In this document: positions 44,334 to 55,156 of the stretch, in pieces
Layout: every line of letters starts with the position of its first letter
Numbering within the stretch: position 1 is the first letter of the stretch
Source: Acidimicrobiia bacterium
GTDB taxonomy: Bacteria; Actinomycetota; Acidimicrobiia; Spongiisociales; SHLN01
DNA length: 56,159 bases
Direction of reading: 5' to 3'
NCBI GenBank assembly: GCA_013002865.1
Contig: JABDLU010000081.1
Coordinates: 1-56,159, forward strand
Notes under the pieces: generated by a model
The model's input: only the letters and a program-made list of their open reading frames with translations
What the model was told of the DNA's origin: nothing
Database searches by the model: none
Position numbers and translations under genes: made by a program

Positions 44334-44680
44334 TCGTTAAGGCTCAGGCCCGCCACGTGCGCCAGTCGCCCTATAAGGTGCGCCGGGTGCTTGACCTCAT
44401 CCGGGGACTCCCGGTTGAGGAGGCGCGTACCACGCTGCGGTTCACCAACCGCCGTGCGGCCGAGGCCGTCTCCAAAGTGCTCGATTCGGCCATCGCCAAC
44501 GCCGAGCACAACAACGCCCTCGACGTCGACATGCTGTACGTCGCCGAGGCATATGCCGGGGAGGGCCCAACCCTCAAGCGGTTCCGGGCGCGCGCCCGGG
44601 GTCGCGCCGGACGCATTGATAAACGCACCAGCCACATCGTGGTCGGTGTCGCCGAGCAGGAAGAGGAGGGATCGGCCTAA
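44330..44680 (+). CDS. rplV: 50S ribosomal protein L22
   Basis: [29 protein letters not shown]. Confidence 0.98.
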   Translation: MIVKAQARHVRQSPYKVRRVLDLIRGLPVEEARTTLRFTNRRAAEAVSKVLDSAIANAEHNNALDVDMLYVAEAYAGEGPTLKRFRARARGRAGRIDKRTSHIVVGVAEQEEEGSA

Positions 44681-45801
44681 TGGGCCAGAAAGTCCACCCG
44701 TACGGGTTCCGGCTCGGTATTACCACCGACTGGAAGTCCCGCTGGCACGCTGACAAGGGCTACGCCGATCTCGTCAATGAAGATTCTGAGATCCGCGACT
44801 ACCTCAACGGCGAGCTGCTGCGCGGCGCCGTGTCACGCATTGAGATCGAACGCATCGGTGAGCAGATTCAGGTCGACGTCCACACCGCCCGACCGGGTGT
44901 GGTCATTGGCCGTCGTGGCGTGGAGGCCGACCGGCTGCGGGCCGGCCTCGACAAGATCACCGGCCGGCCCGTCAAGCTGAACGTCATCGAGGTCAAGGAT
45001 CCCGAGACCGACGCCAAGCTGCTTGCCCGGGGCATCGCCGATCAGCTGCAAGGTCGCGTGGCGTTCCGGCGGGCGATGAAACGAGCGGTCCAAACCGCCA
45101 TGAAGGCCGGGGCGCTCGGCGTCCGGGTCGAGGCGAAGGGTCGCCTTGGTGGGGCCGACATGGGCCGGCGCGAGTGGTACCGGGAGGGGCGCGTTCCCCT
45201 TCACACCCTGCGGGCCGATGTGGACTACGGCGAGGCAACCGCCCGGACCACGGTTGGGGCGATCGGCATCAAATGCTGGGTCTACAAGGGGGACGTCGTA
45301 CCGTCGCTGTCCAGCACCCGCGAGAAGATCGCTGCCGAGGCTGCGTTGGCGGCGGGTGGTCCGAGCCACATGGCGCCCGTCAAAGCCCGCGCCGAGGAAG
45401 CGGCCGGAGAAGACCGCTCCAAGAAGCTCATTGAAGCCGGTGGCGGAAAGCGGCTCATTGAAGCCGGCGGTGGCCGCCGCAAGGGCGAAGGCCGCCCCGA
45501 GGCCAAGCCGACCCGCGATGACCTCGACGACGATTCTCTGGATGATGCCGAGCCGATCGTTGCCGCCGACGATGTCGAAGAAGTCGCCAGTCCCCAGACC
45601 CCCGACCCCAGCACAGAGCTTTCGGCCCCGTCCGAGCCGACTACCGACGGCGAGGCCTCTGAGCCGGCGACCGGCGACGGGGGACCGGCGACCGATGAGA
45701 GCAAGGGAACAGCTGTCGAGGCTTCTGAGCCGGCGACCGGCGGCGGGGGACAGGCGACCGGCGACGACGAAGGTGCGAAGGCACCTGAGGAAGGCGCCTA
45801 A
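44680..45801 (+). CDS. rpsC: 30S ribosomal protein S3 with long C-terminal tail
   Basis: [32 protein letters not shown]; ~160-aa extension. Confidence 0.98.
   Translation: MGQKVHPYGFRLGITTDWKSRWHADKGYADLVNEDSEIRDYLNGELLRGAVSRIEIERIGEQIQVDVHTARPGVVIGRRGVEADRLRAGLDKITGRPVKLNVIEVKDPETDAKLLARGIADQLQGRVAFRRAMKRAVQTAMKAGALGVRVEAKGRLGGADMGRREWYREGRVPLHTLRADVDYGEATARTTVGAIGIKCWVYKGDVVPSLSSTREKIAAEAALAAGGPSHMAPVKARAEEAAGEDRSKKLIEAGGGKRLIEAGGGRRKGEGRPEAKPTRDDLDDDSLDDAEPIVAADDVEEVASPQTPDPSTELSAPSEPTTDGEASEPATGDGGPATDESKGTAVEASEPATGGGGQATGDDEGAKAPEEGA
45582..45764. repeat. Heptamer arrays and a 44-bp duplication inside the rpsC tail
   Basis: AGTCGCC/AGTCCCC/AGACCCC/CGACCCC at 45582-45609; CCGGCGA/CGGGGGA blocks at 45664-45698 and 45730-45764. 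Confidence 0.8.
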
Positions 45802-46214
45802 TGCTGATGCCCAAGCGGACGAAGTTCCGCAAGCAACACCGGGGCCGGATGAAAGGCACGACCAAGGGTGGAAACCATGTGACCTTTGGTGACTACGGGC
45901 TGCAAGCCCAGAGCGCCGGTTGGATCACCGCCCGCCAAATCGAGGCCGCCCGTATCGCGATGACCCGCCATATCAAGCGAGGCGGGAAGGTCTGGATCAA
46001 CATCTTCCCGGACAAGCCCGTTACGGAGAAGCCCGCCGAGACCCGCATGGGCTCGGGCAAGGGCAACCCCGAGTACTGGGTTGCGGTGGTTAAGCCGGGC
46101 CGGGTCATGTTCGAGCTCTCAGGAGTCGATGAGGCCCTCGCCCGGGAAGCGATGCGGCTCGCGGGGCACAAGCTCCCCGTGAAAACCAAGTTCGTCAGCC
46201 GGGAGGACATATGA
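45801..46214 (+). CDS. rplP: 50S ribosomal protein L16
   Basis: [25 protein letters not shown]. Confidence 0.98.
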   Translation: MLMPKRTKFRKQHRGRMKGTTKGGNHVTFGDYGLQAQSAGWITARQIEAARIAMTRHIKRGGKVWINIFPDKPVTEKPAETRMGSGKGNPEYWVAVVKPGRVMFELSGVDEALAREAMRLAGHKLPVKTKFVSREDI

Positions 46215-46432
46215 AAGCCGCCGAACTGCGCGAGCTGTCCTTCGAGGAGCTCGGTGAGAAGCTCGCCGAGGCCAAAGAGGAGGCCTTCAACCTGCGCTTT
46301 CAGTTCGCAACCAATCAGCTCGACAACACCGCCCGGCTGGCGGAAGTCCGCCGGGAGGTTGCCCGTATCGCCACCGTCATGCGCGAGATGGAAATCGAGG
46401 CCTACTACCAGCAGGAGCAGAGCAATGGCTGA
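46211..46432 (+). CDS. rpmC: 50S ribosomal protein L29
   Basis: [16 protein letters not shown]. Confidence 0.97.
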   Translation: MKAAELRELSFEELGEKLAEAKEEAFNLRFQFATNQLDNTARLAEVRREVARIATVMREMEIEAYYQQEQSNG

Positions 46433-46682
46433 GCGCCCCAGTCGCAAGACCCGGGTTGGAGTCGTGGTGTCGGACACGCGCGACAAGACCGTGACCGTTG
46501 AGATCACCAACTCTGTTCTCCACCCGAAGTACACGAAGACCGTTTTCCGCCAGACCAGGCTGCACGCCCACGATGAAACCAACGACGCAAACGTCGGAGA
46601 CACCGTGCGTGTGGAAGAGACCCGGCCGCTCTCCAAGACCAAGCGATGGAGAGTCGCCGAGGTCGTCGAGCGGGCTCAGTAA
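46425..46682 (+). CDS. rpsQ: 30S ribosomal protein S17
   Basis: [25 protein letters not shown]. Confidence 0.97.
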   Translation: MAERPSRKTRVGVVVSDTRDKTVTVEITNSVLHPKYTKTVFRQTRLHAHDETNDANVGDTVRVEETRPLSKTKRWRVAEVVERAQ

Positions 46683-46694
46683 GGAACCGACCAG

Positions 46695-47063
46695 ATGATT
46701 CAGCAGGAAAGCCGCCTCAAAGTAGCGGACAACAGCGGGGCCCGAGAGGTTCTCTGCATCCGCGTGCTCGGCGGTTCGAGCAGGCGCTATGCCGGCATCG
46801 GCGATGAGATCGTGTGCACGGTCAAGGACGCCATTCCCGGAGGCGGTGTCAAACGCGGCGAGGTGGTGCGGGCCGTCGTTGTACGCACCAAAAAGGAGCG
46901 CCGCCGCTCCGATGGCACCTATATCCGCTTCGACGAGAACGCCTGCGTGATCATCAACGAGCAGAAGCAGCCGCGCGGGACCCGCATCTTCGGCCCGGTG
47001 GCTCGCGAGCTGCGCGACAAGCAATTCATGCGGATCGTTTCTCTCGCTCCGGAGGTGCTGTGA
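46695..47063 (+). CDS. rplN: 50S ribosomal protein L14
   Basis: [26 protein letters not shown]. Confidence 0.98.
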   Translation: MIQQESRLKVADNSGAREVLCIRVLGGSSRRYAGIGDEIVCTVKDAIPGGGVKRGEVVRAVVVRTKKERRRSDGTYIRFDENACVIINEQKQPRGTRIFGPVARELRDKQFMRIVSLAPEVL

Positions 47064-47368
47064 TGAAGCTCAAATCAGGTGACACCGTTCGGGTCATGAC
47101 GGGCAAGGATGCCGGCAAAGAGGCCAAGATCGCCAAAGTGCTCCCCAAGAAGAACAAGATCATCGTGGAAGGCGTGGCCACGGCGCGTCGCCACGAGCGG
47201 CCGCGCGGTCAGACCATGCAGGGTGGGATCATCGATAAGGACATGCCGATCGATGCATCCAATGTGCAGATCGTGTGCTCGACGGACGGGCCGACCCGCA
47301 TTGGTACCCGGGTCAACGACGACGGCACCAAGCAACGCGTCTGCGTGAAATGTGGTGAGAAGCTATGA
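47063..47368 (+). CDS. rplX: 50S ribosomal protein L24
   Basis: [17 protein letters not shown] motif, PIDASNV. Confidence 0.97.
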   Translation: MKLKSGDTVRVMTGKDAGKEAKIAKVLPKKNKIIVEGVATARRHERPRGQTMQGGIIDKDMPIDASNVQIVCSTDGPTRIGTRVNDDGTKQRVCVKCGEKL

Positions 47369-47922
47369 CACCCCGTCTCAAGGAGCAGTACTACGCCGAG
47401 CTCCAGGCCAAGCTCAAAGAAGAGCTTGATCTGGAGAACATCATGCAAGTGCCGCGTCTCTCCAAGATCTCGATCAACATGGGTCTCGGCGACGCCCTCG
47501 GTGACCCCAAGATCATCGACGGCGCCGTCAAGGACCTGTCGGTCATCACCGGCCAAACCCCGAAGGTGAACCGGGCCCGCAAGTCGATCGCCAACTTCAA
47601 GCTCCGGGAAGGCAATCCGGTTGGCGTGTCGGTGACGCTGCGAGGCGACCGTATGTGGGAGTTCCTCGACCGCCTCATCGCACTGGCGATACCCCGGATC
47701 CGCGACTTCCGCGGACTCAATCCGAACGCTTTTGACGGGCGGGGCAACTACTCGTTCGGGGTGACCGAGCAGCTCATTTTTCCAGAGATCGACTACGACG
47801 AGGTCGGCAAGATCGAGGGGATGGACATCACCATCGTCACGACGGCGACCGACGATGAGGGCGGCCGGGCGCTACTGCGTGCCTTCGGGTTCCCATTCCG
47901 CCGACAGGAGGCGAACGCCTAA
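47365..47922 (+). CDS. rplE: 50S ribosomal protein L5
   Basis: [26 protein letters not shown]. Confidence 0.98.
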   Translation: MTPRLKEQYYAELQAKLKEELDLENIMQVPRLSKISINMGLGDALGDPKIIDGAVKDLSVITGQTPKVNRARKSIANFKLREGNPVGVSVTLRGDRMWEFLDRLIALAIPRIRDFRGLNPNAFDGRGNYSFGVTEQLIFPEIDYDEVGKIEGMDITIVTTATDDEGGRALLRAFGFPFRRQEANA

Positions 47923-48107
47923 TGGCCAAGAAATCAATGATTGCAAAAGCGAACCGCACCCCGAAGTTCAAGGTGCGCGGCTACAACCGCTGCCGCCGAT
48001 GCGGACGGGCCCGGGCATACCTTCGCAAGTTCGGGATGTGCCGTATCTGCGTGCGCGAACTGGCGCACAAGGGCGAGCTTCCCGGCGTGAGAAAGGCATC
48101 CTGGTAA
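47922..48107 (+). CDS. rpsN: 30S ribosomal protein S14, Zn-binding type Z
   Basis: RCRRCGR...[14 protein letters not shown]. Confidence 0.97.
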   Translation: MAKKSMIAKANRTPKFKVRGYNRCRRCGRARAYLRKFGMCRICVRELAHKGELPGVRKASW

Positions 48108-48502
48108 TGGCTACCGATCCCATCGCCGACATGCTGACGCGGATCCGCAACGCCAACCTGGCCCTGCAGGAGAAGGTGACGATGCCGTCGTCCAAGGTCA
48201 AAGAAGAGATCGCCAAGCTGCTCGCCGCCGAGGGCTATGTGGGCGGCTTCGAGGTGAAGCCCGCCGACCCCGGCAAGGAGCTGACCGTATCGCTCCGGTA
48301 TACCGAGGATCGCCAGCGGGTTCTGACCGGGTTGAAGCGGATCTCCAAGCCGGGACGCCGCACCTACCGCAGTGCGTCCGACCTGCCCCGCGTGCAGGGT
48401 GGCCTCGGGGTGACCATCGTGTCGACCTCCCAGGGGCTGCTGGTCGATCGTGAGTGCCGCCGCCGCAAGCTCGGCGGCGAGATCATCTGTGAGGTGTGGT
48501 AA
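48107..48502 (+). CDS. rpsH: 30S ribosomal protein S8
   Basis: [25 protein letters not shown]. Confidence 0.98.
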   Translation: MATDPIADMLTRIRNANLALQEKVTMPSSKVKEEIAKLLAAEGYVGGFEVKPADPGKELTVSLRYTEDRQRVLTGLKRISKPGRRTYRSASDLPRVQGGLGVTIVSTSQGLLVDRECRRRKLGGEIICEVW

Positions 48503-49050
48503 TGAGCCGTATCGGCAAACAGCCCGTGGCGATTCCGTCCGGAGTTGAGGTCAAAGTCAGCGGCCAGCATGTGTCGGTCAAGGGCCCGAAGGGCTCGCTG
48601 GAGCGCACCTTTCCCGAGGAAGTCGGCTTCACGCTCGACGATTCCGAGGTGCGGGTGGAGCGCCCGGCCGATGACCGTCGTTCCCGCGCCATGCACGGAT
48701 TGGCCCGGGCGCTGCTCGCCAACATGGTCACCGGCGTTTCGCAGGGATACTCCCGGGAGCTGCAACTGGTCGGGGTCGGCTACCGCGCCGCCCTCAAAGG
48801 CAAAGATCTCGAGCTCCAGGTCGGATATTCCCATCCCGTCGCCATCGAGCCCCCCGACGGGGTCAGCTTCGAAGTGCCGGAGCCGACCAAAGTGATCGTC
48901 AGCGGAATCGACAAGGAGCGGGTCGGCCAGGCATCTGCCAATATCCGCAAGGTTCGCCCACCGGAGCCCTACAAGGGCAAAGGGATCCGCTACGCCGATG
49001 AATATGTCCGTCGCAAGGCCGGCAAGGCCGGAGTGCCGGGAGCTGCGTGA
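48502..49050 (+). CDS. rplF: 50S ribosomal protein L6
   Basis: [26 protein letters not shown]. Confidence 0.98.
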   Translation: MSRIGKQPVAIPSGVEVKVSGQHVSVKGPKGSLERTFPEEVGFTLDDSEVRVERPADDRRSRAMHGLARALLANMVTGVSQGYSRELQLVGVGYRAALKGKDLELQVGYSHPVAIEPPDGVSFEVPEPTKVIVSGIDKERVGQASANIRKVRPPEPYKGKGIRYADEYVRRKAGKAGVPGAA

Positions 49051-49397
49051 TGAACCGACGAGAAGCCCGCGACCGCCGCCACCGGCGAGTACGCAAGAAA
49101 GTTCACGGGACTACCGAACGGCCCCGCCTGGCGGTGTACAAGTCCAACAAGTACATCTACGCCCAGATCATCGACGACCAGACCGGTCGCACCCTGGCGG
49201 CTGCCTCGTCGAGGGAGCCGGCGGTCAGCGTCCGCACCCTGACCGTCGAGAGCGCCGCCGAGGTCGGCAAGCTGCTTGCCAAGCGGGCCAGTGCCGCAAA
49301 CGTCGACGAGGTCGTGTTCGACCGCGGCGGATATCCATATCACGGTCGGGTCAAAGCACTGGCTGAGGCCGTGCGGGAAGCAGGAGTGAAACTATGA
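49050..49397 (+). CDS. rplR: 50S ribosomal protein L18
   Basis: [29 protein letters not shown]. Confidence 0.97.
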   Translation: MNRREARDRRHRRVRKKVHGTTERPRLAVYKSNKYIYAQIIDDQTGRTLAAASSREPAVSVRTLTVESAAEVGKLLAKRASAANVDEVVFDRGGYPYHGRVKALAEAVREAGVKL

Positions 49398-49972
49398 CGT
49401 CACGACGCCAGCAGGGCCGCGGCCAGCGCAACGGCGGTGACGGACCGCAGTTCGACGAGCGGGTCATCCACATCAACCGGGTCGCCAAGGTCGTCAAGGG
49501 TGGCCGGCGGTTCTCGTTCACCGCACTGGTCGCCGTCGGTGACAACAAGGGCAAGGTCGGTCTCGGATACGGCAAGGCCAAAGAGGTCCCGGCCGCCATC
49601 CAGAAGGCGATCGACATCGCTCGCAAGGAGATGTTCGACGTCCCCATGGCGGGTAGCACGATCATCCACCAGGTCATCGGCCGCCACAGCGCCTCCCGGG
49701 TGTTGCTCAAGCCGGCCGCACCCGGTACCGGCGTCATCGCCGGCGGTGCGGTGCGTCAGATTCTCGAGGCGGCCGGGGTGCGCGACGTGCTGGCCAAGAG
49801 CCTCGGGTCCCCGACGCATATCAATGTGGCGCAGGCAACTATCGCCGGGCTGAAGGGTCAGCGTCGTCCCGAAGACGTCGCCGCGATTCGCGGCAAGACA
49901 TCAGAAGAGGTCACGCCGCCCGCATTGCTCGGTGCGTACCGCTCGACGGAGATCGCCCGGCGCGAGTCGTAG
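49394..49972 (+). CDS. rpsE: 30S ribosomal protein S5
   Basis: [22 protein letters not shown]. Confidence 0.98.
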   Translation: MTSRRQQGRGQRNGGDGPQFDERVIHINRVAKVVKGGRRFSFTALVAVGDNKGKVGLGYGKAKEVPAAIQKAIDIARKEMFDVPMAGSTIIHQVIGRHSASRVLLKPAAPGTGVIAGGAVRQILEAAGVRDVLAKSLGSPTHINVAQATIAGLKGQRRPEDVAAIRGKTSEEVTPPALLGAYRSTEIARRES

Positions 49973-49980
49973 GAACCACC

Positions 49981-50163
49981 ATGGCCAAGAAACTCAAGAT
50001 CACCCTCATGAAGAGCCCGATTGGGCAGCAGCCCAAGACTCGCGCAACGGTGCGCGGCCTCGGCTTGCGGAAAATCCGTCAGTCGGTTGAGCATGCCGAT
50101 AGCCCGGACATTCGTGGCATGATTGACCGCGTCCGGCACCTCGTAGAAGTGGAGGAGCAGTGA
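49981..50163 (+). CDS. rpmD: 50S ribosomal protein L30
   Basis: KSPIG, LGLRKI, IRGMI. Confidence 0.96.
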   Translation: MAKKLKITLMKSPIGQQPKTRATVRGLGLRKIRQSVEHADSPDIRGMIDRVRHLVEVEEQ

Positions 50164-50597
50164 AACTCCATGATTTGAAGCCGGCCGCCGGCTCGAAGAC
50201 CCGCAAGCGACGGGTCGGGCGCGGTGAAGCCGGTCGTCGCGGCAAGACCGCCGGCCGGGGCACCAAGGGCACCGGAGCTCGCAACAAGTTGCGCCCCGGG
50301 TTCGAGGGCGGACAGCTCCCGCTCGCTCGCCGGGTGCCGAAATTGCGCGGATTCAACCGTGCGCAGAAGGAGTACTTCGCGTTGATCAACGTCGGACGGC
50401 TCAATGAGTTCCCCGCCAAGGCGCTGGTCGGGCCCGATGAGTTGCGGTCCGCCGGTCTCGTCAAGAAACGGGGTCGCGTCAAGGTGCTCGGCGAAGGCGA
50501 GATCACACAAGCCCTCACTGTGCGGGCACACGCGTTTAGCCTCGGCGCCGTGGAGAAGATCAAAGCAGCCGGCGGTACCGCCGAAGTGATCGAGTAG
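50160..50597 (+). CDS. rplO: 50S ribosomal protein L15
   Basis: [25 protein letters not shown]. Confidence 0.98.
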   Translation: MKLHDLKPAAGSKTRKRRVGRGEAGRRGKTAGRGTKGTGARNKLRPGFEGGQLPLARRVPKLRGFNRAQKEYFALINVGRLNEFPAKALVGPDELRSAGLVKKRGRVKVLGEGEITQALTVRAHAFSLGAVEKIKAAGGTAEVIE

Positions 50598-50607
50598 GGG
50601 ACGGCTG

Positions 50608-51948
50608 GTGCTTTCGGTATTCCGGAACATGTTCCGCATTCCGGACCTGCGCCGGAAGATCTTCTTCACCCTGTTCATCTTCCTGATCTACCGGATCGGG
50701 ACGGCGATCCCCTCGCCGGGAGTTGACCTCGATCGGGTGCGCCAGGTGGCCGAACAGCAGGAGGCCGGTGGTGTCATCGGCCTCATCAACCTGTTCAGCG
50801 GCGGCGCCCTCGAGCAGCTGTCGGTGTTCGCGCTCGGAGTGCTCCCCTACATCACGGCCTCGATCATCATGCAGCTGCTTACGGTCGTCATCCCCCGCCT
50901 CCAGAAGCTGCAGGAGGAGGGAGAGTCCGGCCGCCAGGTCATCACCCAGTGGACCCGGTATTCGACCGTGGCGCTGGCGGTTTTGCAGTCGACCGGCATC
51001 AGCTGGCTGATGGCGAACGGCCGCATCACCGGCGGCATCTCGATCATCCCCGACTACACCGCCGGGACGGCGGTTCTCATCGTCACGACCCTGACCGCCG
51101 GCACCGCCTTCGTCATGTGGCTCGGCGAGCTCATTACCCAGCGGGGCGTGGGAAACGGCATGTCGCTGCTCATCTTCATCAGCATCGTGAGCGCTCTGCC
51201 CGCTCAGTTCGCCAATGCGTGGTCAACGTCGGATCCCCGTGCCGAGTTCGCCATCCTCCTGGCGGTGTTCCTGTTCATGGTGGTCGCCATCATTTACGTC
51301 GAGCAGGGTCAGCGTCGGATCCCGATTCAGTTCGCCAAGCGAGTGCGAGGTCGAAGGGTCATGGGCGGCCAGGCCACCTACATCCCCCTCAAGGTGAATA
51401 ACGCCGGCGTGATCCCGATCATCTTTGCTACCGCCGTGCTGTATTTCCCCACGCTGCTCGTCACGGTGGTTCCGGCGGGGGAGGAGGGCGGCTTTTGGGA
51501 CGGCATTCGTCAGTGGGTGGGTGACTTCGCCGGGGCCGGCCAGAACGTCGGTCACAACGGTGGGCCGGTCAGCCTCGAGATGCAGCTGTTCTACATGCTC
51601 GTGCTGTTTCTCCTCATCGTGTTCTTCACTTACTTCTATACGGCCATTCAGTTCGATCCCGTCAAGCAGGCGGAGACCATCCAGCGCCAGGGCGGCTTTG
51701 TGCCCGGTATCCGGCCCGGCGGGCCGACTGCCCGACACCTCGAATTCATTCTCAGCCGTATCACCCTGCCGGGGTCGATCTTTCTGGGGACGGTGGCGAT
51801 TCTGCCGACGATCGTGTCGATCGTGTTTGATGTCACGTTCGCTTTCGGCGGCATCTCGATTCTCATCGTTGTGGGTGTGGCCCTCGAAACCATGAAGCAG
51901 ATCGAGTCCCAGTTGATGATGCGCAACTATGAGGGCTTCTTGGCGTAG
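50608..51948 (+). CDS. secY: Preprotein translocase SecY
   Basis: PYITASII, GVGNGMSLLIF, AGVIPIIFA, PGIRPG, MRNYEGF. Confidence 0.98.
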   Translation: MLSVFRNMFRIPDLRRKIFFTLFIFLIYRIGTAIPSPGVDLDRVRQVAEQQEAGGVIGLINLFSGGALEQLSVFALGVLPYITASIIMQLLTVVIPRLQKLQEEGESGRQVITQWTRYSTVALAVLQSTGISWLMANGRITGGISIIPDYTAGTAVLIVTTLTAGTAFVMWLGELITQRGVGNGMSLLIFISIVSALPAQFANAWSTSDPRAEFAILLAVFLFMVVAIIYVEQGQRRIPIQFAKRVRGRRVMGGQATYIPLKVNNAGVIPIIFATAVLYFPTLLVTVVPAGEEGGFWDGIRQWVGDFAGAGQNVGHNGGPVSLEMQLFYMLVLFLLIVFFTYFYTAIQFDPVKQAETIQRQGGFVPGIRPGGPTARHLEFILSRITLPGSIFLGTVAILPTIVSIVFDVTFAFGGISILIVVGVALETMKQIESQLMMRNYEGFLA

Positions 51949-51996
51949 AGGAGTTGCGAAGCAACTCCAAAGGAACGCGCATCCTTCCCTAGACGA

Positions 51997-53364
51997 TCAG
52001 CTTCCGGTCGGCAAGGAAACCAACTGGGAACCGGCCGCGAATTGGGCCGCTGCGGCGAGGAATACCTGACTCAGATCCGAGGCGGGCGGCTCGCAGAAGA
52101 AGTGATCGCCATCGCTGTTTTCGGTGCCGGCGGCGCAGTTGTCGCTGGTCGGGCCGGTTGCCATGTCGGCGAGCAGCTCGGCCACCCCGGCCGAGGTGTA
52201 CGGCCCCGAGTCGTCATTGCAGTCCTTGCTCCCGATACCGAATCCGATGGTAAAGATCTCGATGCCGGCGGACTTGGCTGCGTTGGCCATGTGGAGCGCA
52301 TGCTGGCAGGGGTTGTTTCCCGGCTGGTGAGCTGAACCATCGCTCAGGAGAATGATGCCCTTCTTGACGCCTGGACGGCCGTTGGACATCAGCTCCGTAT
52401 ACGCATCGGGCTGGCCATACCAGTCGTCTTTGATCGGGCTGCCGAGGTTGGTGCCGGTCGCCTTGTTCAGGCACTGAATGGTGTTCACGAGTGGGCTGGT
52501 TCCGTCGAGGTCGAGCATGGCGTCGCCGTTGATGTCGACGGTGGGCGTGTCCTTGTAGTCGTTACTGAGGCCGACGAGGAGCCAGCTCCCGCCGCTCGTC
52601 ACGTCCTTACGATCACACTTGCTGTTCAGGTCGCCCGCATGGATGGCCGCCAGTCCGACGTGTTGCAGACCGGGGTCGAAATAGTCGAGGACGGCGAGCG
52701 CCGCCGCCTTGGCGTTTGCGAGGTCTGCGTCGGACATGCTGGTGGTGCGGTCGATAATCATGATCAGGTCGACCGGGCCCGTCGCCGGGCTCCCACATGT
52801 GCCGCGACAGGCGGCCGATACGATGCCGGTGTCCCCGCTGTTCTGCCCGATGACCGGCCCGAATGCATAGTCGACCTGCTTTTCGGTCGCGAGAACGATG
52901 GTGTTGCAGGTGTCGCCGTCCGCCGGAACGCACGGAGCGGCGCACCGGCCGTCCTCGCACACCCAGGGTGGGGCCGACATTCCAACGTCTGGTCCGGGAT
53001 CGCACGCCGCACCGACGTCGAGTGGATCGGGCTGCCCGTTGGCGTCTGCGTCGGACACGAGGCAGCGGAACGTCACGTCTACCGATCCAGCCAATCCCGG
53101 CTCGTTGTCGAGTGCGAATTTAGTCGCCAGCGACTCGGCTGCGAGGCCATCGTCGGGAAGTTGGGAGGCACCCGCCAGCGCGGCCGCGTCGGCGGTGTTC
53201 CATAGCTGCTGGCGCCCCTGCGAGAGCATGGTGCTGTCGACCGCGAGGGCGGCCACGCCCATGACGACCACGAGCAGTACCGCAAACAGCACGAGCATGG
53301 CTCCCTCATCCTCTCGGGCGGCCCGGCTGCGGATGGGCTCCGGTCGGATTTGATTGTGTCGCAT
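51997..53364 (-). CDS. TadG-like pilus-associated protein with VWA domain
   Basis: EDEGA + hydrophobic helix + 'ADAAALAGA' Tad N-terminal motif; MIDAS-like IIDRTTSMS, ILLSDG, IFTIGFG; 14 Cys. Confidence 0.8.
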   Translation of the reverse strand: MRHNQIRPEPIRSRAAREDEGAMLVLFAVLLVVVMGVAALAVDSTMLSQGRQQLWNTADAAALAGASQLPDDGLAAESLATKFALDNEPGLAGSVDVTFRCLVSDADANGQPDPLDVGAACDPGPDVGMSAPPWVCEDGRCAAPCVPADGDTCNTIVLATEKQVDYAFGPVIGQNSGDTGIVSAACRGTCGSPATGPVDLIMIIDRTTSMSDADLANAKAAALAVLDYFDPGLQHVGLAAIHAGDLNSKCDRKDVTSGGSWLLVGLSNDYKDTPTVDINGDAMLDLDGTSPLVNTIQCLNKATGTNLGSPIKDDWYGQPDAYTELMSNGRPGVKKGIILLSDGSAHQPGNNPCQHALHMANAAKSAGIEIFTIGFGIGSKDCNDDSGPYTSAGVAELLADMATGPTSDNCAAGTENSDGDHFFCEPPASDLSQVFLAAAAQFAAGSQLVSLPTGS

Positions 53365-53525
53365 GGGTCCTCACAACGTGATCTGGCTCTCACGAAGTAC
53401 ATCGGCCGACCGGCTAGATGGGGGCGTCGTCAAAACGGCGAGTGCCGAAGGGGCTAGTCAGTCCCGTCGATGCGCCGGGAGTCGGGAGATAGCTGGGCAA
53501 ACTGCCGACAGGCCGGCGAGGCGGG

Positions 53526-53888
53526 TTACTTCTTCGTTGGCTTCGGGGGGAGAGAGCCAATCCATTCCCAGGACTTCTCGAACCACGGGACGAGGTCGGA
53601 GGGGTTGGACAGCAGGTCATCGGGAACGGAAACGTAGCCGCGCATCACGCTGCCGTACTGCTCGACCGGCCCGCTCTCGTATTTCTCCCGGAACTGTTCG
53701 CCGAGCTCGTCGGATAGGCGCAACGCCATCATGCCGTCCGGAGAAAGGAAGCTGAACATGTGCCCGTTGCGCGAGGTGTACGGGTTCTTGGCACCCTTGA
53801 CGATCGCCTCGGTCGACGCGGTCTCCACCGCCGCCTGGTAGCGGTCCAACGCATCGGCCGGTCCGGGATAGTCATGTCCACCGGGCAT
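53526..53888 (-). CDS. TfoX N-terminal-like protein
   Basis: NGHMF, MRGYVSVP, W...LPPK pattern; AGGAGG SD. Confidence 0.65.
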   Translation of the reverse strand: MPGGHDYPGPADALDRYQAAVETASTEAIVKGAKNPYTSRNGHMFSFLSPDGMMALRLSDELGEQFREKYESGPVEQYGSVMRGYVSVPDDLLSNPSDLVPWFEKSWEWIGSLPPKPTKK

Positions 53889-53903
53889 TGGTCCTCCTGT
53901 GGC

Positions 53904-54371
53904 TCACCGAACGGAACTACCCGCCGGTTCTGGAAACGTTGTGCGCAGGTCGAACGCCGCCGCCGTGGGACCGTCGCGCCGCAGCGCGTTGAGGCGGTCG
54001 GCAGCTTCGTTCAAGTCGGGGATGTGGCCTTCTGCTATCCACCACAGCACAGTGGTCGGCTGATCGGCCTTCTCGAACCATTCACGGCGGCGTCGGAGGT
54101 ACATGGCGTGTCCCGAGCGGGTCACGAAATGGTGCAGGGCGTCGATGCTGGTCCAGACCGTCAGGTTGGCGATGTAGCGCTCGTCGTGCTCGTAGCCGGG
54201 AAAGCGCTGTCCGGTAGCGCCCTCTCCGTCCTCATCCTTGAGCATCCAAACGAAGCCGGGGCTGACCTCGCCCAGGCCGTTGATTGGCCCGAGCGCCCGC
54301 ATGAATTCGGCAACGGTGTCAGATTCAGGATCGTCTACCAATCGGCCGACATTGAGCTGAGCGAGGTGCAT
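53904..54371 (-). CDS. DUF3291-family protein
   Basis: HLAQLN, SPGFVW, NLTVW, RRREWF, LWWI..GHIP, GPT..AF. Confidence 0.8.
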   Translation of the reverse strand: MHLAQLNVGRLVDDPESDTVAEFMRALGPINGLGEVSPGFVWMLKDEDGEGATGQRFPGYEHDERYIANLTVWTSIDALHHFVTRSGHAMYLRRRREWFEKADQPTTVLWWIAEGHIPDLNEAADRLNALRRDGPTAAAFDLRTTFPEPAGSSVR

Positions 54372-54592
54372 GGGGCGAGCCTACCGGAGCGTGTTTCGCC
54401 TGATTTGGGCGCCACTCGGGCCGACCGGAGGAGTAGTCCATCCCAGCGACGGCCCCGTGGCCGCAGATGCGGCGCATCAAGTGAATGCGGACTCGGTTGC
54501 CGAGACGTTCGGCTGGGCCCCGTTGTTCCGTCGATCGTGGCGTGTCCGCACCGGAGCCGACCACGTCCCCGACGCCGGTAACCTGACTCCTC

Positions 54593-55156
54593 ATGGGACG
54601 AAGACTTCTGTTGATGGGCCCGCCCGGCGCGGGCAAGGGAACCCAGGCCAGCCGGCTGGCGCGCGCCATCGGGATTCCCCACCTTTCGACCGGCGACATG
54701 CTGCGCTCCAACGTGGCCGACGACACTGAGCTGGGGCGGCAGGCCAAGGCGTTCATGGAGGCCGGCGATCTCGTGCCGGACGAGCTGGTCACCGCGATGG
54801 TCATCGACCGTCTCGGCCAGGACGACGCCCGCTGCGGGTTTCTGCTCGACGGCTATCCCCGCAACCCGGCTCAGGCCGATGCACTGGCCGACGCATTCGG
54901 CGAGGATGTGCTCGAGCTGGCAATTCTGCTCGAAGTCGACCCTGACGAGCTCGTGACGCGTCTGCTCACCCGGGGCCAGCAGCAAGGTCGTACCGACGAC
55001 ACGGAGGAGGTCATCCGCAACCGGCTGGCCGTCTACGAAGAGCAAACGGCGCCGCTGGTCGCATACTACGAGTCCCATGGCCGCCTGGCCTCCCTCGACG
55101 GGCTCGGAAGCATCCCCGATGTTTTTGGGCGCATTATCGAGGTGCTGGCGACATGA
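54593..55156 (+). CDS. adk: Adenylate kinase (short LID)
   Basis: GPPGAGKGTQ, STGDMLR, LDGYPR, GRTDD. Confidence 0.97.
   Translation: MGRRLLLMGPPGAGKGTQASRLARAIGIPHLSTGDMLRSNVADDTELGRQAKAFMEAGDLVPDELVTAMVIDRLGQDDARCGFLLDGYPRNPAQADALADAFGEDVLELAILLEVDPDELVTRLLTRGQQQGRTDDTEEVIRNRLAVYEEQTAPLVAYYESHGRLASLDGLGSIPDVFGRIIEVLAT

Noticed and set aside
53396-53430. Sigma-28/WhiG-like GCCGAT -10 box upstream of the TadG-like gene (another at 3014)
   Set aside because: No matching -35 element at the expected spacing, and the hexamer is common in GC-rich DNA.
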